DNA of 64,000 bases from the human T2T-CHM13v2.0 reference genome, Homo sapiens. Below the pieces are notes generated by a model. It ran no database searches, was not told the DNA's origin, and was given only the letters and a program-made list of their open reading frames with translations. The translations under genes and the position numbers were made by a program. The stretch is taken from assembly GCF_009914755.1 (NCBI RefSeq), contig NC_060944.1; one strand, 5' to 3'. Of this stretch, positions 27,531 through 41,878 are shown in pieces (the stretch's first letter is position 1; the number at the start of each line of letters is the position of its first letter).

Positions 27531-27841
27531 AGTGGGGACTGAAACTATCCTGTAGACATTGTGTTATATGTGACAAATACCTGCCTTCTATGGATCACTT
27601 CTCTTACTCATTTGCTCCTCTCTGTGCTATATTCCTGCATATTCTCCCACACATCCTTCAAAACTCAACATAGAGGCATTCTCCCCTGCAGGCAAGCTTT
27701 CCTGCCTCAGTGTCTCACCCAGCCAAGCTACATGAGTTGTTTTTCCATTTGACCCTATTTCTCCAGTGCCATCCTATGTTATTGCAGGGATAGTACCTAC
27801 ATGCCAGCCTCCCTCTCTGTACTGCAAGCTTTTCAGGGTTA

Positions 27842-28200
27842 TTGTGGGGGACTGATTTGCACTAGGGATTACACATTTCATGTGTCCCTGTATTCACTCC
27901 TTTAGTAGTGTCCCTTCCACACTTGGACTTGACTATGTGTCTTCTTTTGGCCAATGGAATGATACAAAGTTGATTTCAGCAGAGGCTTGAAAGTGTTTGT
28001 GCATTTTGAGTTTCTTAGACTCCTGCTACCACAGGCAGATATGTCTGGGCTAACCTGATGGTGGAAGAGAGATTACTTCAAGCAGAACCAAGTCATCCTC
28101 ACCAAAGCTATTCTAGACTAGCCAGCCCCTAGCTGACACAAAAGCTGAATTCATGAGCATTACGTTTTGGAGTGGTTTTCTACACAGCAATAATTATACA
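27842..28200 (+). mobile_element. MLT1 LTR inserted into a + strand L2 3' end (about 27600-28295)
   Basis: 'ttttggccaatggaatg...gcagaggcttgaaag', 'tttctacacagcaata'; L2 tail 'caatatatgttgaactgaa'. Confidence 0.6.
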
Positions 28201-30739
28201 ATTAGGAATCACGCCTTATACATCTTTTTAATTTCTAGCACATTAACCCAGTACTTAACATCCACTGGGTGTTCCATCAATATATGTTGAACTGAAAAGC
28301 CTAGAAGAGATAGAATGAAAGTTCCAATCTATTGCAAAGCATTTTTCTTTCCTCTCTTTCTACTAAACATTATGGCTATACCCCAAGGTTCCCACTAACT
28401 TTTACCTCTGAGATTTTAGGAGCTAAGACTGCAGGGGTGGTTGTGGGAAATCCAGCATGCGCAGTGTGGTTTGAAATCCACAGACAAGGGGCGATGGCTT
28501 CCTTCCTTGGCCCACTGCCCTACGCGCGGTGAGCAGAGCAGCCAAGCCAGAGTGGCAGCCGCAGTGTGGGAGCCCAGCTCTGCTGCCATAAATTACCCAG
28601 GGGCAGGAAGGAGCAGTGAGAGTCAGCGGTTTCAGCTACCTAGTAGTTCATTTTTGTTCTTGTTTTTCAGTTAGCAATCTGTAAAATTTATTGCAAAATT
28701 AAGCTCCCTGCTCCAGAGTCAATAATATTCCTGGTGCCAGGTGGTGTAATAATTCACTGAAAGGGCAGAAGTTGGAGGGAATAAGACTGATTTAGGAAGT
28801 AGACTTCCAAGCCCTATTGCTGCTGCCTATTCCCTGCTGCTAAAGGTCAGGTAAGTAGAGGGCTAAGGTTACAGCCTCCTGATATCCTTGGAGGGCTAGA
28901 ATTTCTATTGGGTTTGAAATTGAAAACAAAAACTGTTTCTATTGCATGATGGATTCCTTTTATCCTTCCCACCTCTGTTTCCATTTTAGCATAAAAATAG
29001 AAACGTTCACTTTCATATTTTGTTTCTGGCTTTGCAAGGAAGAGGTACTGTAGAAAATATGGCCATGTGCAAGCTTCCTGCAGTGCTTTCTAATACCCTA
29101 ACATCAATGTCTCTGAACTGGAGGGGCTATTGGAGATCTCTCTAATCCAAATTCTTCATTTACAGATGCAAACATCCAGTCTGGGAGTAATTAATGATTG
29201 TTCAGTTTCTGTCCAGACACTTACTTGAGGCTAAACACTAAATCTCATTCCCAGGTTATATGCCAACTGCTTCACTGGACATTCTGCCCCTGAAAGGACT
29301 TCAATTTTTCTTTGCTCTTTCTTGATTATGTACAGTATCTTTAAAAAATTATCTCTCCCTCTCCTATTATTTCTTAAAGAGTCTTAATTATGGGCCTGAT
29401 TATCTAAAAGGACTATGAAGCCACATTTTCATTCCAGATGCAAGGGACAAACTGTTACCATCAACTAGCTTGTATTTAATTATCTTTACAAGTTAATTCC
29501 CTAATAGACAATTGAAATGCCGTATTTGGCTATTCCCTATGTCTCTTTCTTGAAATGCCTACAGAATCATCTTTGCAACCTGGGATGCAAGTTTGGTATT
29601 TCTTGGGACAATTAGCAGTTGGGAATTACACTCTACAAGTTAAATGTGTATGAAATTCAACATCACCATCTGCTCTTTTAGAAAATTTAGATGGAATTTC
29701 TTCATTTCACATCCTCAGTTCTTTATTGGTGTTGGAGCCTTAGCCACTAGCTCAGTGCTAGCTATAAAGCTCAGATTAGAAGAAATTGCTTTGATGTTTT
29801 CAAAGTCAAGAAAGAATTTTACACCTCTCTGAGTAGCCCTTGACTGCAGGTGAGGAATGTACCTCTGGAGAGGTACCATTAGAGCTAATTGTATATGACC
29901 TGATTGATCCATCAGAGCTCTTAGAGTTTCTAATTGAATTTGCTTTTGTCTTCATAAAATGAAGATTTGATTTAGTTGTAAGTTGTGGACTGGAGGAGCT
30001 GGCTGCATTCCTTATCTGATCACACGGATACAGTTGATATGATGATCAGAAGTGGGCTGCATAAATCCACCCTTGTCACCCAATTCCTCCCCTGTTACCC
30101 GTGTAAATCAAGGATAGCTCCGAGAAGCTCATTCTCCATCTAGGAGGGAATGCCAGTTTCACCTCTTAGAAGCTGAGGCTTTTCTCCAGTTATTAGCATC
30201 GGGGTGAGAAGGGGCCTAGAAACCAGAACATTGTGAAACTTTTGTAACCTGACCTGAAACTGGGCAGGAGGAGCTTGGCTTCAGGCTTCACCAAGACCTT
30301 GAAACTCAGCCCAAGCTGATTAAAACTTGAGAGTGTGAGTCTTTTCAAGTGCACTAATTGTGTTATGTTGTGGATAGAAACCATGAAAAACCGATGTTTT
30401 GAAAGTCTCCATCTTCGGAGAATTTTACTTCTAAGCTAATTAAACATCTGTTTCATCCTGAGATTTGGATCAAAACTCGAATAAAAAGTTGGAAAACAAA
30501 TTAAATAGTCATAGTTAAGCCGTCAATAAAACAGATACACACACTAGAGACATTTATTCTGATGCAGCAAAATTAAATGCCCAAACGGAACATCATCTTT
30601 TCAATTCTCTCTACCAGTATGTTCAAAATATAACTAAATGATTTTTTTAATTCCATAAGATACTGACTGTCTATATCAAGTTGTCTTAACATGGGAATTG
30701 TCTGTACTCAAAAAACTTTATTTAATCTAATATCTCCCG

Positions 30740-30818
30740 TGTATATACACACACTCACACATACACACACAAACACGCACACGCACACACACGTACACAA
30801 ATATATGTGTGTATATAT
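30740..30818. repeat. Degenerate (CA)n/(TA)n microsatellite
   Basis: Direct reading. Confidence 0.85.
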
Positions 30819-30892
30819 GGTGAGCACTCTATGATTTCCCATTGGAAGCAAAATTAAATCTAGTTTAAAATGTTATTTAAAATTTTGTGTTC

Positions 30893-31038
<146 letters not shown>

Positions 31039-31261
31039 TTAAAAAATTTTGTATTCTATTGTCCTTATCACTTCACACACACAGATACACTTCATTTGTC
31101 TACCCACCATGCATCCTTGTCCTTACACTTGAAAGTGTCAGCCTTTCAGAATCTACTGTATACAATCAAGAGAAGAAAGTCATCGCTTCCTCAACTAGCC
31201 CTCAAATCACATAACAACAAATGGTCTGCAATTGATTTTATGTGGAGCAGATGTATAGACA

Positions 31262-31500
31262 GTATATAATGTTGTGGTGAAAGGTGTATATACTTTGAAA
31301 CTGGACAGCCTGAGCTCAAATTTCTACTCTCCCACTTATTAGCTGTATGACCTCAGGCAAGTCATTTAAACTGTTTGAGCCCCAGTTGGCTCATCTATAA
31401 AGTGGGGTAACAATTCCACCCATCTCAAGGGATGTGGATGAAACGAATCAATCTACACAAAGTTCTTGAAATAGTGCCAGGGTGATATTACACTTACATA
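31262..31500 (+). mobile_element. MIR, near full length
   Basis: 'cacttattagctgtatgacctcaggcaagtcatttaa...ctcatctataaagtgggg'. Confidence 0.85.
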
Positions 31501-33614
31501 AGCAACATGCACGTGTTTCTCCCTTAATACCCTAAATGTCTTAGTAATCACATATTTGTGAATCCAAATGGTTGTTCATGCAGTAGATAATTTTTCGTTA
31601 ATGCAAGATATACCTAATTAACGTGCTCCAAGTGGAACTTGTTTGGTATCCACGTGCCGCCGTCCCCTTGAAATCAAGGGTATTTTCCTTGTAGTTAAGA
31701 GCGCTTCTGCTTGTAAAGCATATGCCACGAAGCCCCTGTATACCAATTTAGAGATTTTAAAGATAGTTTTTGTGTGTGTGTTTGCTTTTGCTTTTGTTCT
31801 GGTTTGTATCAACATTTATTCTTCTTATCATCGCAAAGGAGAACGAAGGCTGGCTAACCTGATGGAATGGTTTAGTTAGGAAATGAACGGACATCACCTG
31901 GTTTGAGCTGACTCTTGTCTCTGGCATCTGTTCATCTTTCACACACCTCTTAAAATAGTAAAATGTTATTTTTCTAGGGTCATTCTCATTGGGAAAAGCT
32001 TTAAAAGATCCACTTGAAAGTTAATTGTACACAGGGTGATAAGGCTTTCCTGGTTCAGGGATTTGTTTCAAATTAAGCTATAAATCAGTAAGTGTGCTGC
32101 ATTCCCTGGTTCTCTTTATGATCCTGAGGGGGACTGCACCATTCTTTAATTTGAACCTTAAATGAAAGGGAAGGAGAAGGGGAAGTGAAAGGAAAACTAA
32201 GCCTTAAGATTTTAAGGAAACCCATCTATCTATCTAGGCTCTATTCTCCAGTCTTTCCCTAAGACAGGTAAACTCTGATGAAGTCACCTCTCTGTTAGGC
32301 AATAGACTGGATAAATTCCCGCATTTCCATGTCATGTGACTTTTATTCTTTCCCATAATACAAGGAGGATAGATGATCTCCTAGCCCCTTTTTGCTGTAT
32401 TAACTTTTAGATTTTGACCAAAACATGTTTTTCTTCTTGTAGGGATCATGGCTACATTGTTGCCTCCATTTTGGAGTTTCTCCTCTGTAAACCCAAATAT
32501 AATTGTCTCTGTCCTTATTTCAATAACCTTTGGTAATCTCATCAATTTATCAGATGGTAACTCCAAGAATAATTGCAGTATATGCCAAAGGAATTCAAAA
32601 TAAGAGCAGATTAATCCTTGTTTGCATTCCCTTCTACAGCATGAGCTAGCAACTTCTCATCCGGAAGGTACCAAACCATCAGTAGGTGTGGGAGAGCCAG
32701 TTATTACTAATGATGGCTCAGGAAAAGACCACTTACATGCATAAGGAAAGATAAAAATAGAGTGTAAAAAGAAAGTACTTTAAAAGGGTTCATAATGTCT
32801 CCCCTCCAACAAATGTCCTTTCTAAAATGTCTTAACCTTTCCCATCTGCCTCTGTTTTGTGGGTCCTCCTTTCTCAGAAGCCAGAGAGAAATTCCCAGTG
32901 GCTGCTGATGTGTTATCTTTAGGAATGGAAGGTTATCGTATAACATGCATTTTCACTGCTTGAATCTTAATTTCCTGCAAGCTGCCCCATCTATGAGTCA
33001 AAATAATCTAAGTGTGGAAGACGTTTATAGAACGTCCTCTGGCTTATTCCTCATCACTGAGTGGGTCATTGATGGTGTGACTCTAGCATTGAAACCAGGG
33101 CATTTTTGAGAGTGAGAGGAAAAGCCACTAATAATTATCTAGAATAGCAGAAACTGGAATGATCCTACACTAATTGGGATGAATTATTAAGGAATAACTG
33201 GGCAATAAATAAAAACTTATTCAGTGATTGAGTTTTAAAAAGAAATGAAGAAATCAAAGTAGGAGTTTCTTTTTACTATTATATTTAGAAACTGTGCTGT
33301 GTGCTTTGTATCTATTAACTCATTATAATACCTGTATTAAATGGGTGTCATTCCCATTTTATGGATTAGAAAACCAAGGCTCTAGGAAGTACAGTCATTT
33401 GCTCAAGGATACAATGTATTATATGTTGGGGAAAGCATTGAATTAGAATGCTTGAATTGAATTAGCATTGAACTAGAAATTCTGTAAATTTCTAATTTAC
33501 AGAAATTAGAAATTATCAAAGGAACTAACCAAAAATGAATAAATAAATGATTGAGGGAATATGCAAATAAATGATTGAATAAAAAAAATAATGTTTAAAA
33601 ACCCAGCAAATCTC

Positions 33615-33871
33615 GGCCGGGCACGGTGGCTCATGCCTGTAATCCCAACACTTTGGGAGGGCCAGGCAGGCGGATCACAAGGTCAGGAGATCGAGACCAT
33701 CCTGGCTAACATGGTGAAACCATGTCTCTACTAAAAATACAAAAAAAAATTAGCCGGGTGTGGTGGCGGGCGCCTGTAGTCCCAGCTACTCTGGAGGCTG
33801 AGGCAGCAGAATGACGTGAACCCAGGAGGTGGAGCCTGGGCGACACAGCGAGACTCCGTCTAAAAAAAAAA
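33615..33871 (+). mobile_element. AluY-like with right-arm deletion
   Basis: 'gagatcgagaccatcctggctaac'; 'ggagc|ctgggcgac' junction; TSD ccagcaaatct at 33603-33613 and 33874-33884. Confidence 0.93.
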
Positions 33872-34082
33872 GTCCAGCAAATCTTACTCATGAGATGAGG
33901 AGAATCCTGTACATATGACCATTTAGGCTTGCAGAAATCTGCCAATTTAAAAATACTCATAGCTAATTTACATTACCTGCTCTTATTTTACTTTTACTAC
34001 ATCATAAAGATGATAGCGAATTCCAGCAAGTAAGAAAGTTAAAGCTCAGGACTATTGTTATGGCAATTTCTCCAAATGGAGG

Positions 34083-34120
34083 AAAAAAAAAAAAATATAT
34101 ATATATATATATACACACAC

Positions 34121-34164
<44 letters not shown>
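34083..34164. repeat. (A)n(TA)n(CA)n compound microsatellite
   Basis: Direct reading. Confidence 0.95.
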
Positions 34165-34166
<2 letters not shown>

Positions 34167-34724
34167 CTTCCTAGTTATACATGGAATAGTTTAAAAGAGC
34201 TTTTATACTTTTACCTGCTAATTTCACTCATGATAAAGTATTTTAAGGAAATAAAGCTGGGCTTTGGCACCCCTTGCATAGGCCAGTAGTTAGATGCAGG
34301 CTGCTCTGGGGAGGGGTTGATGTTTTGGGCTGGAGCCTTTCCTCAGCCAAGGGCAATCCCCAGAAAGAAACCCAGGCTAATGTATGACCTTTAGCAAGTT
34401 ACTTTATCCTGTTTGGTTCTCTGCTTTCTCATATTAAAATGAGGGTTAATAATTACCATCTTATTTACTATGCATGGTTGTTATGAGAATCAATAAAATG
34501 TCACTGTATCTCAAAATACCTCAAAATATAAAACATGAAATACGAGAGATGTTGCTGTCAGTCCTATTGCTCTGAACAAATTAGAAACTCAAGTTGGGCT
34601 GTCTCTGAGACCTGATCTTTTAAAAGCAGGTCTTTCAGCAATATAGTCTGCCTTTGAAAAGGTTCATAAAAGTCAACTGTGTTTAGTGTATTTCTTCTCT
34701 TTATGTTCTCTTCTATTTCAGAGT

Positions 34725-34895
34725 TGTTTATTTATTTTTTATTTTTTAGAGAGACAGGGTCTCACTATGTCACCCAGGCTGGAGTGCAGTGGCGAGATCA
34801 TGGCTCACTGCAGCCTTGACCTCCCAGACTCAAGCGATCCTCCCACCTCAGCCTCCTAAGTAGCTGGGATTATAGGCATGAGCCACAGCACCAGG
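34725..34895 (-). mobile_element. FRAM/AluJ right monomer
   Basis: Single right arm with J-type diagnostics. Confidence 0.85.
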
Positions 34896-35494
34896 ACTAT
34901 TTCAGGGTTTTTGAGTTCAGAAAGTTGGTTTCTGCAATCCCCAGATTGCTCTTCACTGTTTCCAGTGACTTTTGAATAGACACTTTGATTTTTCATCTTT
35001 AAGAACTCCCTGTTATCTTCAAAATGATACATTTTAATGACCACTAATTCTTGTTTTATGGATGCATTATTCTTAGAGATACAATTAGATTACAGATTCA
35101 AGGTGTTTGAGATTTTCTCCCTTTCTTGCACTATGTTTTATGAAGTGATAACTCTTCTACTTTCTCAGGTAGATCCTTTTCTTGTAAGTCTGATTTGCTT
35201 AGTTTGTTCTATGAATATATAACAATTTACTTCTCCATTCTACTCTTGGTGAACTTTTAAGATTTTTTTCCAGTTTGGGACTACTACAGTAATGCTGGGA
35301 TGGCTATTTTTTTTTTTTTAACATTTATTCTGGTTCATATAAGCTAGCTTGTCTTGGTTATATTTTAAAAAGTGGAATTACGAGGTCATGTGTATGCACA
35401 TCTTCAACTTTCCTTGATAATGCTCAACTGTTTTCCAAACCAGTTGCACCATATCACGGTCATACCAGTAGTGCAGGTCTTCAATTGTTAGACG

Positions 35495-36215
<721 letters not shown>

Positions 36216-38158
36216 CTGATACTTCTCAATGTGTACAGGTTGAGCCTCCCTCCTGTCATCCCACGCAGCCTTGTGGCCTTACTCTTATGATAACATTCCT
36301 CACCCTCCATTGTATTCCAGAGTGTGAGCTCCATGAGGGCAGACACTTGAAGTGACACGTGAGTTTTAATTGTGGCTTCCTTTCTTCGTGGTTCTCTTGA
36401 TTTTTCCCTCACCTGTGTTCATACCTTGTTTTCAGGCTTATTTCCCTAATAGTGACAGATTTGCATATTAAACTCTGAACATTAAGCCATGAAGAAAGCA
36501 TAGGTTGTTCTGTCAAATCCTTAAAAAATATTACAGACCCCGAGACTGTAACTGTAGCAGCGCTTCCCAAACTTCTGGCTACTGTCTACGCCAGGCAGGG
36601 GGAAGGGAACCATCACCAGGAAGACAAGTACCACATTCGTAGTTATAGAAATATCCACATTCTCTCAAGTCAGAAACACACAATGGACAAGACCATGCTC
36701 CCTCTTTCTGAAACAAATATCCAGCAGGTGGTTTGCACTTGAAAACTTTTATTAAAATGTTGCTGGGGTGAGAATATATCATTATTTGTCCTGGAAAACT
36801 CCTCATCTTTGATTTTGGCCATTCAGTTCCTTCTTTGGGAAGTCTCATCTCTTCATGGGACCTTTCCTGATTTCATCAAATCATATAATGAAATAAAACA
36901 TATATTGCCCTCATTTTCAGTATTCCTTACTTTTACATTTAGGATCTTTACTATATCATTCTTTGTAATGTTATTAGATCAACAAGACATGATCTCTCGC
37001 AATGTTTTCAGCTCTAAAGCTTTACATGACTATTTTGTGTGTGAGTTATCCTTATGTTTTCTATTGAAGTCCATAGCACATTGAAAGTTAGTCTGATAGA
37101 TACTTGCCCTCATTCCAGGCACCTCCTGTGTTATGCCTATAGCATATGCTAAATTAAATTCATTAAATCAAAGAAATAAAATATTTCACTGGAATAGAAA
37201 AATTTGCTCTAAAACAATCACTACCTAGATAGGACTTTGAGATCTACTGTCTCATCTCCATCCAAATTATATGCTCAGCCTTATCTCTTCCCGCTAATTA
37301 TACCCCCTCTTGACCTGTAAATGATGGGAATGACTCACTGACCTTTGCTGAACTGGTTTTAAGTTTCTCTCCTGTTTGAAAATCTAATGCATTGAGTGTT
37401 TTCCTGCTATAAGTTCCTAGAGGGCTGTGCCAAGGTCTCTCCTTTGAGTTACAATGTACCTAGCATAATATTAAGCCCAATTTGGTTCATAAGAATTGGT
37501 TTGTGATTATATGGTTATTTTTTATGTATATGGTGTGATTATATAGTGTGACTCTGAACAAAGTCACATAAAGTGGAAGTACATAATATAAAGGAATGCA
37601 CCCTCAAAAAACCCCCTGCATTAACGCAAACCTCGTGTAAAAGAACAGAAATACAGAGGGTGCTAACATAGGATAATGAAAATGTACCTCAATAGTTTGA
37701 AAGCATAAACAAATTCTTCCTCTTTTAAATATCTGATATATGTACACACGTATACTATCACTGGACAAAAACAAAAATTATATTCAGAGATGAATTTTTT
37801 TATGCTTAGAAAAAGTTAGCTGACTTTTCAACCTCATTCTTGAGAATCTTCCATTTCAAATTGGAAAGATTTATGTGTTTTTATTAAAGTTTTTAAATAC
37901 TTCAGAATAATAAATAGCATTTTTTGAGATTGATTTAATCTTTCTCATTTTTACTCCCATAGCAACAAGACTGTTGAGTTGCACTAGTCATCACTTTTCT
38001 CCCCTTGCCCAGCAGACCTCTCCTAAATTACTCTGAGTGGATTTTAGAAAGATTGGCTATCATATAAAGTGTGTTGCCTGTCTCTTCTTCCATTTCCCCT
38101 AAAGGCAAAATGCAGTGAAAACAAAATGGAATTAAAACACATAAAGGAACTTAACTAG

Positions 38159-38544
<386 letters not shown>

Positions 38545-38762
38545 TGCTTTAAGCAGTTCAAAAGAGATGTTAGCATTCTGAATTTAAAAGTGTTGAATTC
38601 TCTTAAAATCTGAAGTACTCACAATTTTTAACATGGTAATCCAAACCAGAGGAAACAGAATCTAGATAATTCTCAACTCTGCTACTACCTCTGAATTTTA
38701 AGTGGAATATTATCAGTGATGCATTTTTTACTGTAGTTTCTATCAATATAATTTTCACAATC

Positions 38763-39094
<332 letters not shown>

Positions 39095-39114
39095 CTATAA
39101 AAATTCCATTGAGA

Positions 39115-39418
<304 letters not shown>

Positions 39419-39989
39419 AAAAATTCCATTGAGAGCTAACTAGATTGATAACCTAGTAAAACACAGAGCATACATCCAAGTGAAACTGATAGGCTATACA
39501 GTTGCACAGACAGTAGTTAACACTCTGAACATGGAAAGTTGATGTTTAACATCAAGGAATGAAGTAAGTGATAATAAAAATGCTGTCTTGCAGATTTGCT
39601 CTTCTGTGACTCAACTAAAAAATATTGAACTAAACTTAATTCCTTATTCTCTCTGCAATGGTATTCATTAGACACAGCTCAGGGCATAGTTCATCTACAA
39701 TGTTGCAGTTAATTTCACTTTATTCCCAAACCATGAAATAAATTCCCAAACTCGGTCTGCTACCTTGCAAATGTTAATTTGGAACAATGCACCGTGCTGA
39801 TCCATCACCGTTATTTTTTTAAAAAAACTTAAAGTCTGTGATATGGATAACTAGGATTCGTATAGATTTAACTGTTTAAGTAATATCTTTATGTTATTCT
39901 CAGATTATCAGTCAGCTGATTCACTGGGGTGGTAGCAAGGTCTTTGAATGTGAGAACACAGAACACCTTTGCATTAAGAATGCATCTTA

Positions 39990-40314
<325 letters not shown>

Positions 40315-41846
40315 CTAGAGAGGTTGATTTCTCAATTTAATGAATTGTATTGGGAGATAATTAGCAAAGTCTTGAGAAAGGAAGGGAAGTCTATTACCAG
40401 TCAAGCAGTGTTAATAATGAACAGCATTTATCCAGTATTTTCTTGTTCTAAATACTGTGCTTTGTATGGATTAGTCCTCACAGGCCCGTGGCAGAGGAAT
40501 ATTAGATGCTTCATTTTGTTGTGGAGGAAACTAGGTCATAGATGGTCCAAAGCTAGAGAGGTGGTATGTGGCAGAAATAGAATTCGGACCCAGGCTGTCT
40601 GACCCCAAAGCCTTTTTCTTATGTACTGATGAACCATGGAGCGTTTTCCAGTAAGGGCTGCTTTATTTCCAAGTAGGGGAATATACATCAACCTACATAA
40701 GGGCAGAAAGTCAGGCTGGGTTTTATTGAAAACTGAAATAGGAAGCTGGAAAGCCACTAGGAGCCAAAATCTCTTTCTTTGTTATCTGCTATCTCTCTCC
40801 AGCTCTTTCTTCTTTCTTGCTTTCCTTCAGTTGGTTTTCTATGCTTTCAAATTTCTACATTGTCCAACATGAGTTAACAAAAGTCTGTGTATGTCTTTAT
40901 TAAGATTTTCAAGAGATATAACCCTGGTTGATTCAGCTCATCACTCATATGCTGCTGGATAAAAAATGACTTGTCTGGTTAAGATGTTCAGTCTTGGTCC
41001 CCAAATGGGAGAGGGTAAGAGGCACATAGACTAGAGCTACAGCTGCCATGGACCAGGCTAAGGATGGAGATTCTGCAGACATAGTGCCATCTCCTTCTCC
41101 TCAGGCCACTGGCCTATGCAGGCATCCATACTTCAGTCAGCTCCTGGATGCCTTCCTTCTCTGCAGCTTAAGGGCCACCTTCATAAACTGATTGAGGTCC
41201 AGAGCCAAGGAAGAAGCTACCTAACCCTTCAGGTCACTTCTCTGTGTATGATGAGGGCTTAGTAAAAATTAATGCTTCCAAGAACTACAGTCATTTTTAT
41301 TTCATCTTAGCAAGAGAGATCTCATGCCTCTATTTGGTTCTTTAATGGGTGAGGGATTTGGGCCTAGAAAATGAGGGGAAATTGAGAAGAATACTCTTAA
41401 ACCTCCCAGCAAGAGAAGAAATGTCTTGCTGGGATCATACCTATTCCAAAAGATGGAAGTATTGCAGCGAGTTCTCTTCCTCTCTTACTCCATCTCCTGT
41501 TCTTCACTGAGGGAAGTGGGACCATATTGACTTTCCTGCTGAGGCAATACCCCCTAGGATATAAGCAGAACCCTCAGGAGGAACTCAAACTTTTTCCCCT
41601 TTGTCTTTGGCCTTCTTTAGAGTAGCCTTTTTTATGTAACAAGATTTCCCTGCAATTTAGACCACCATTGCCTTAAGGAGTGAGGCTAAAAGCTGCTGTT
41701 TACTTTTCTAGGCATCAGGGTGAAATAATTCCTGTGTAGTTTAGATTTCCCCAAGCACTACATTATTGTGTTATACTACTGAAAATTAGCCTCTATATCT
41801 TTATTATGGTATATGACCTTGCTGGCAGAAAAAACACTGGTGACAT

Positions 41847-41878
41847 TATAGATCCTTAATTATATAGATCCTTAATTA
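41847..41878 (+). repeat. Exact 16-bp tandem duplication
   Basis: tatagatccttaatta x2. Confidence 0.9.

Noticed and set aside
36721-36735. CTCF-like CCAGCAGGTGGT
   Set aside because: Mismatch at the key GGC position and poor flanks
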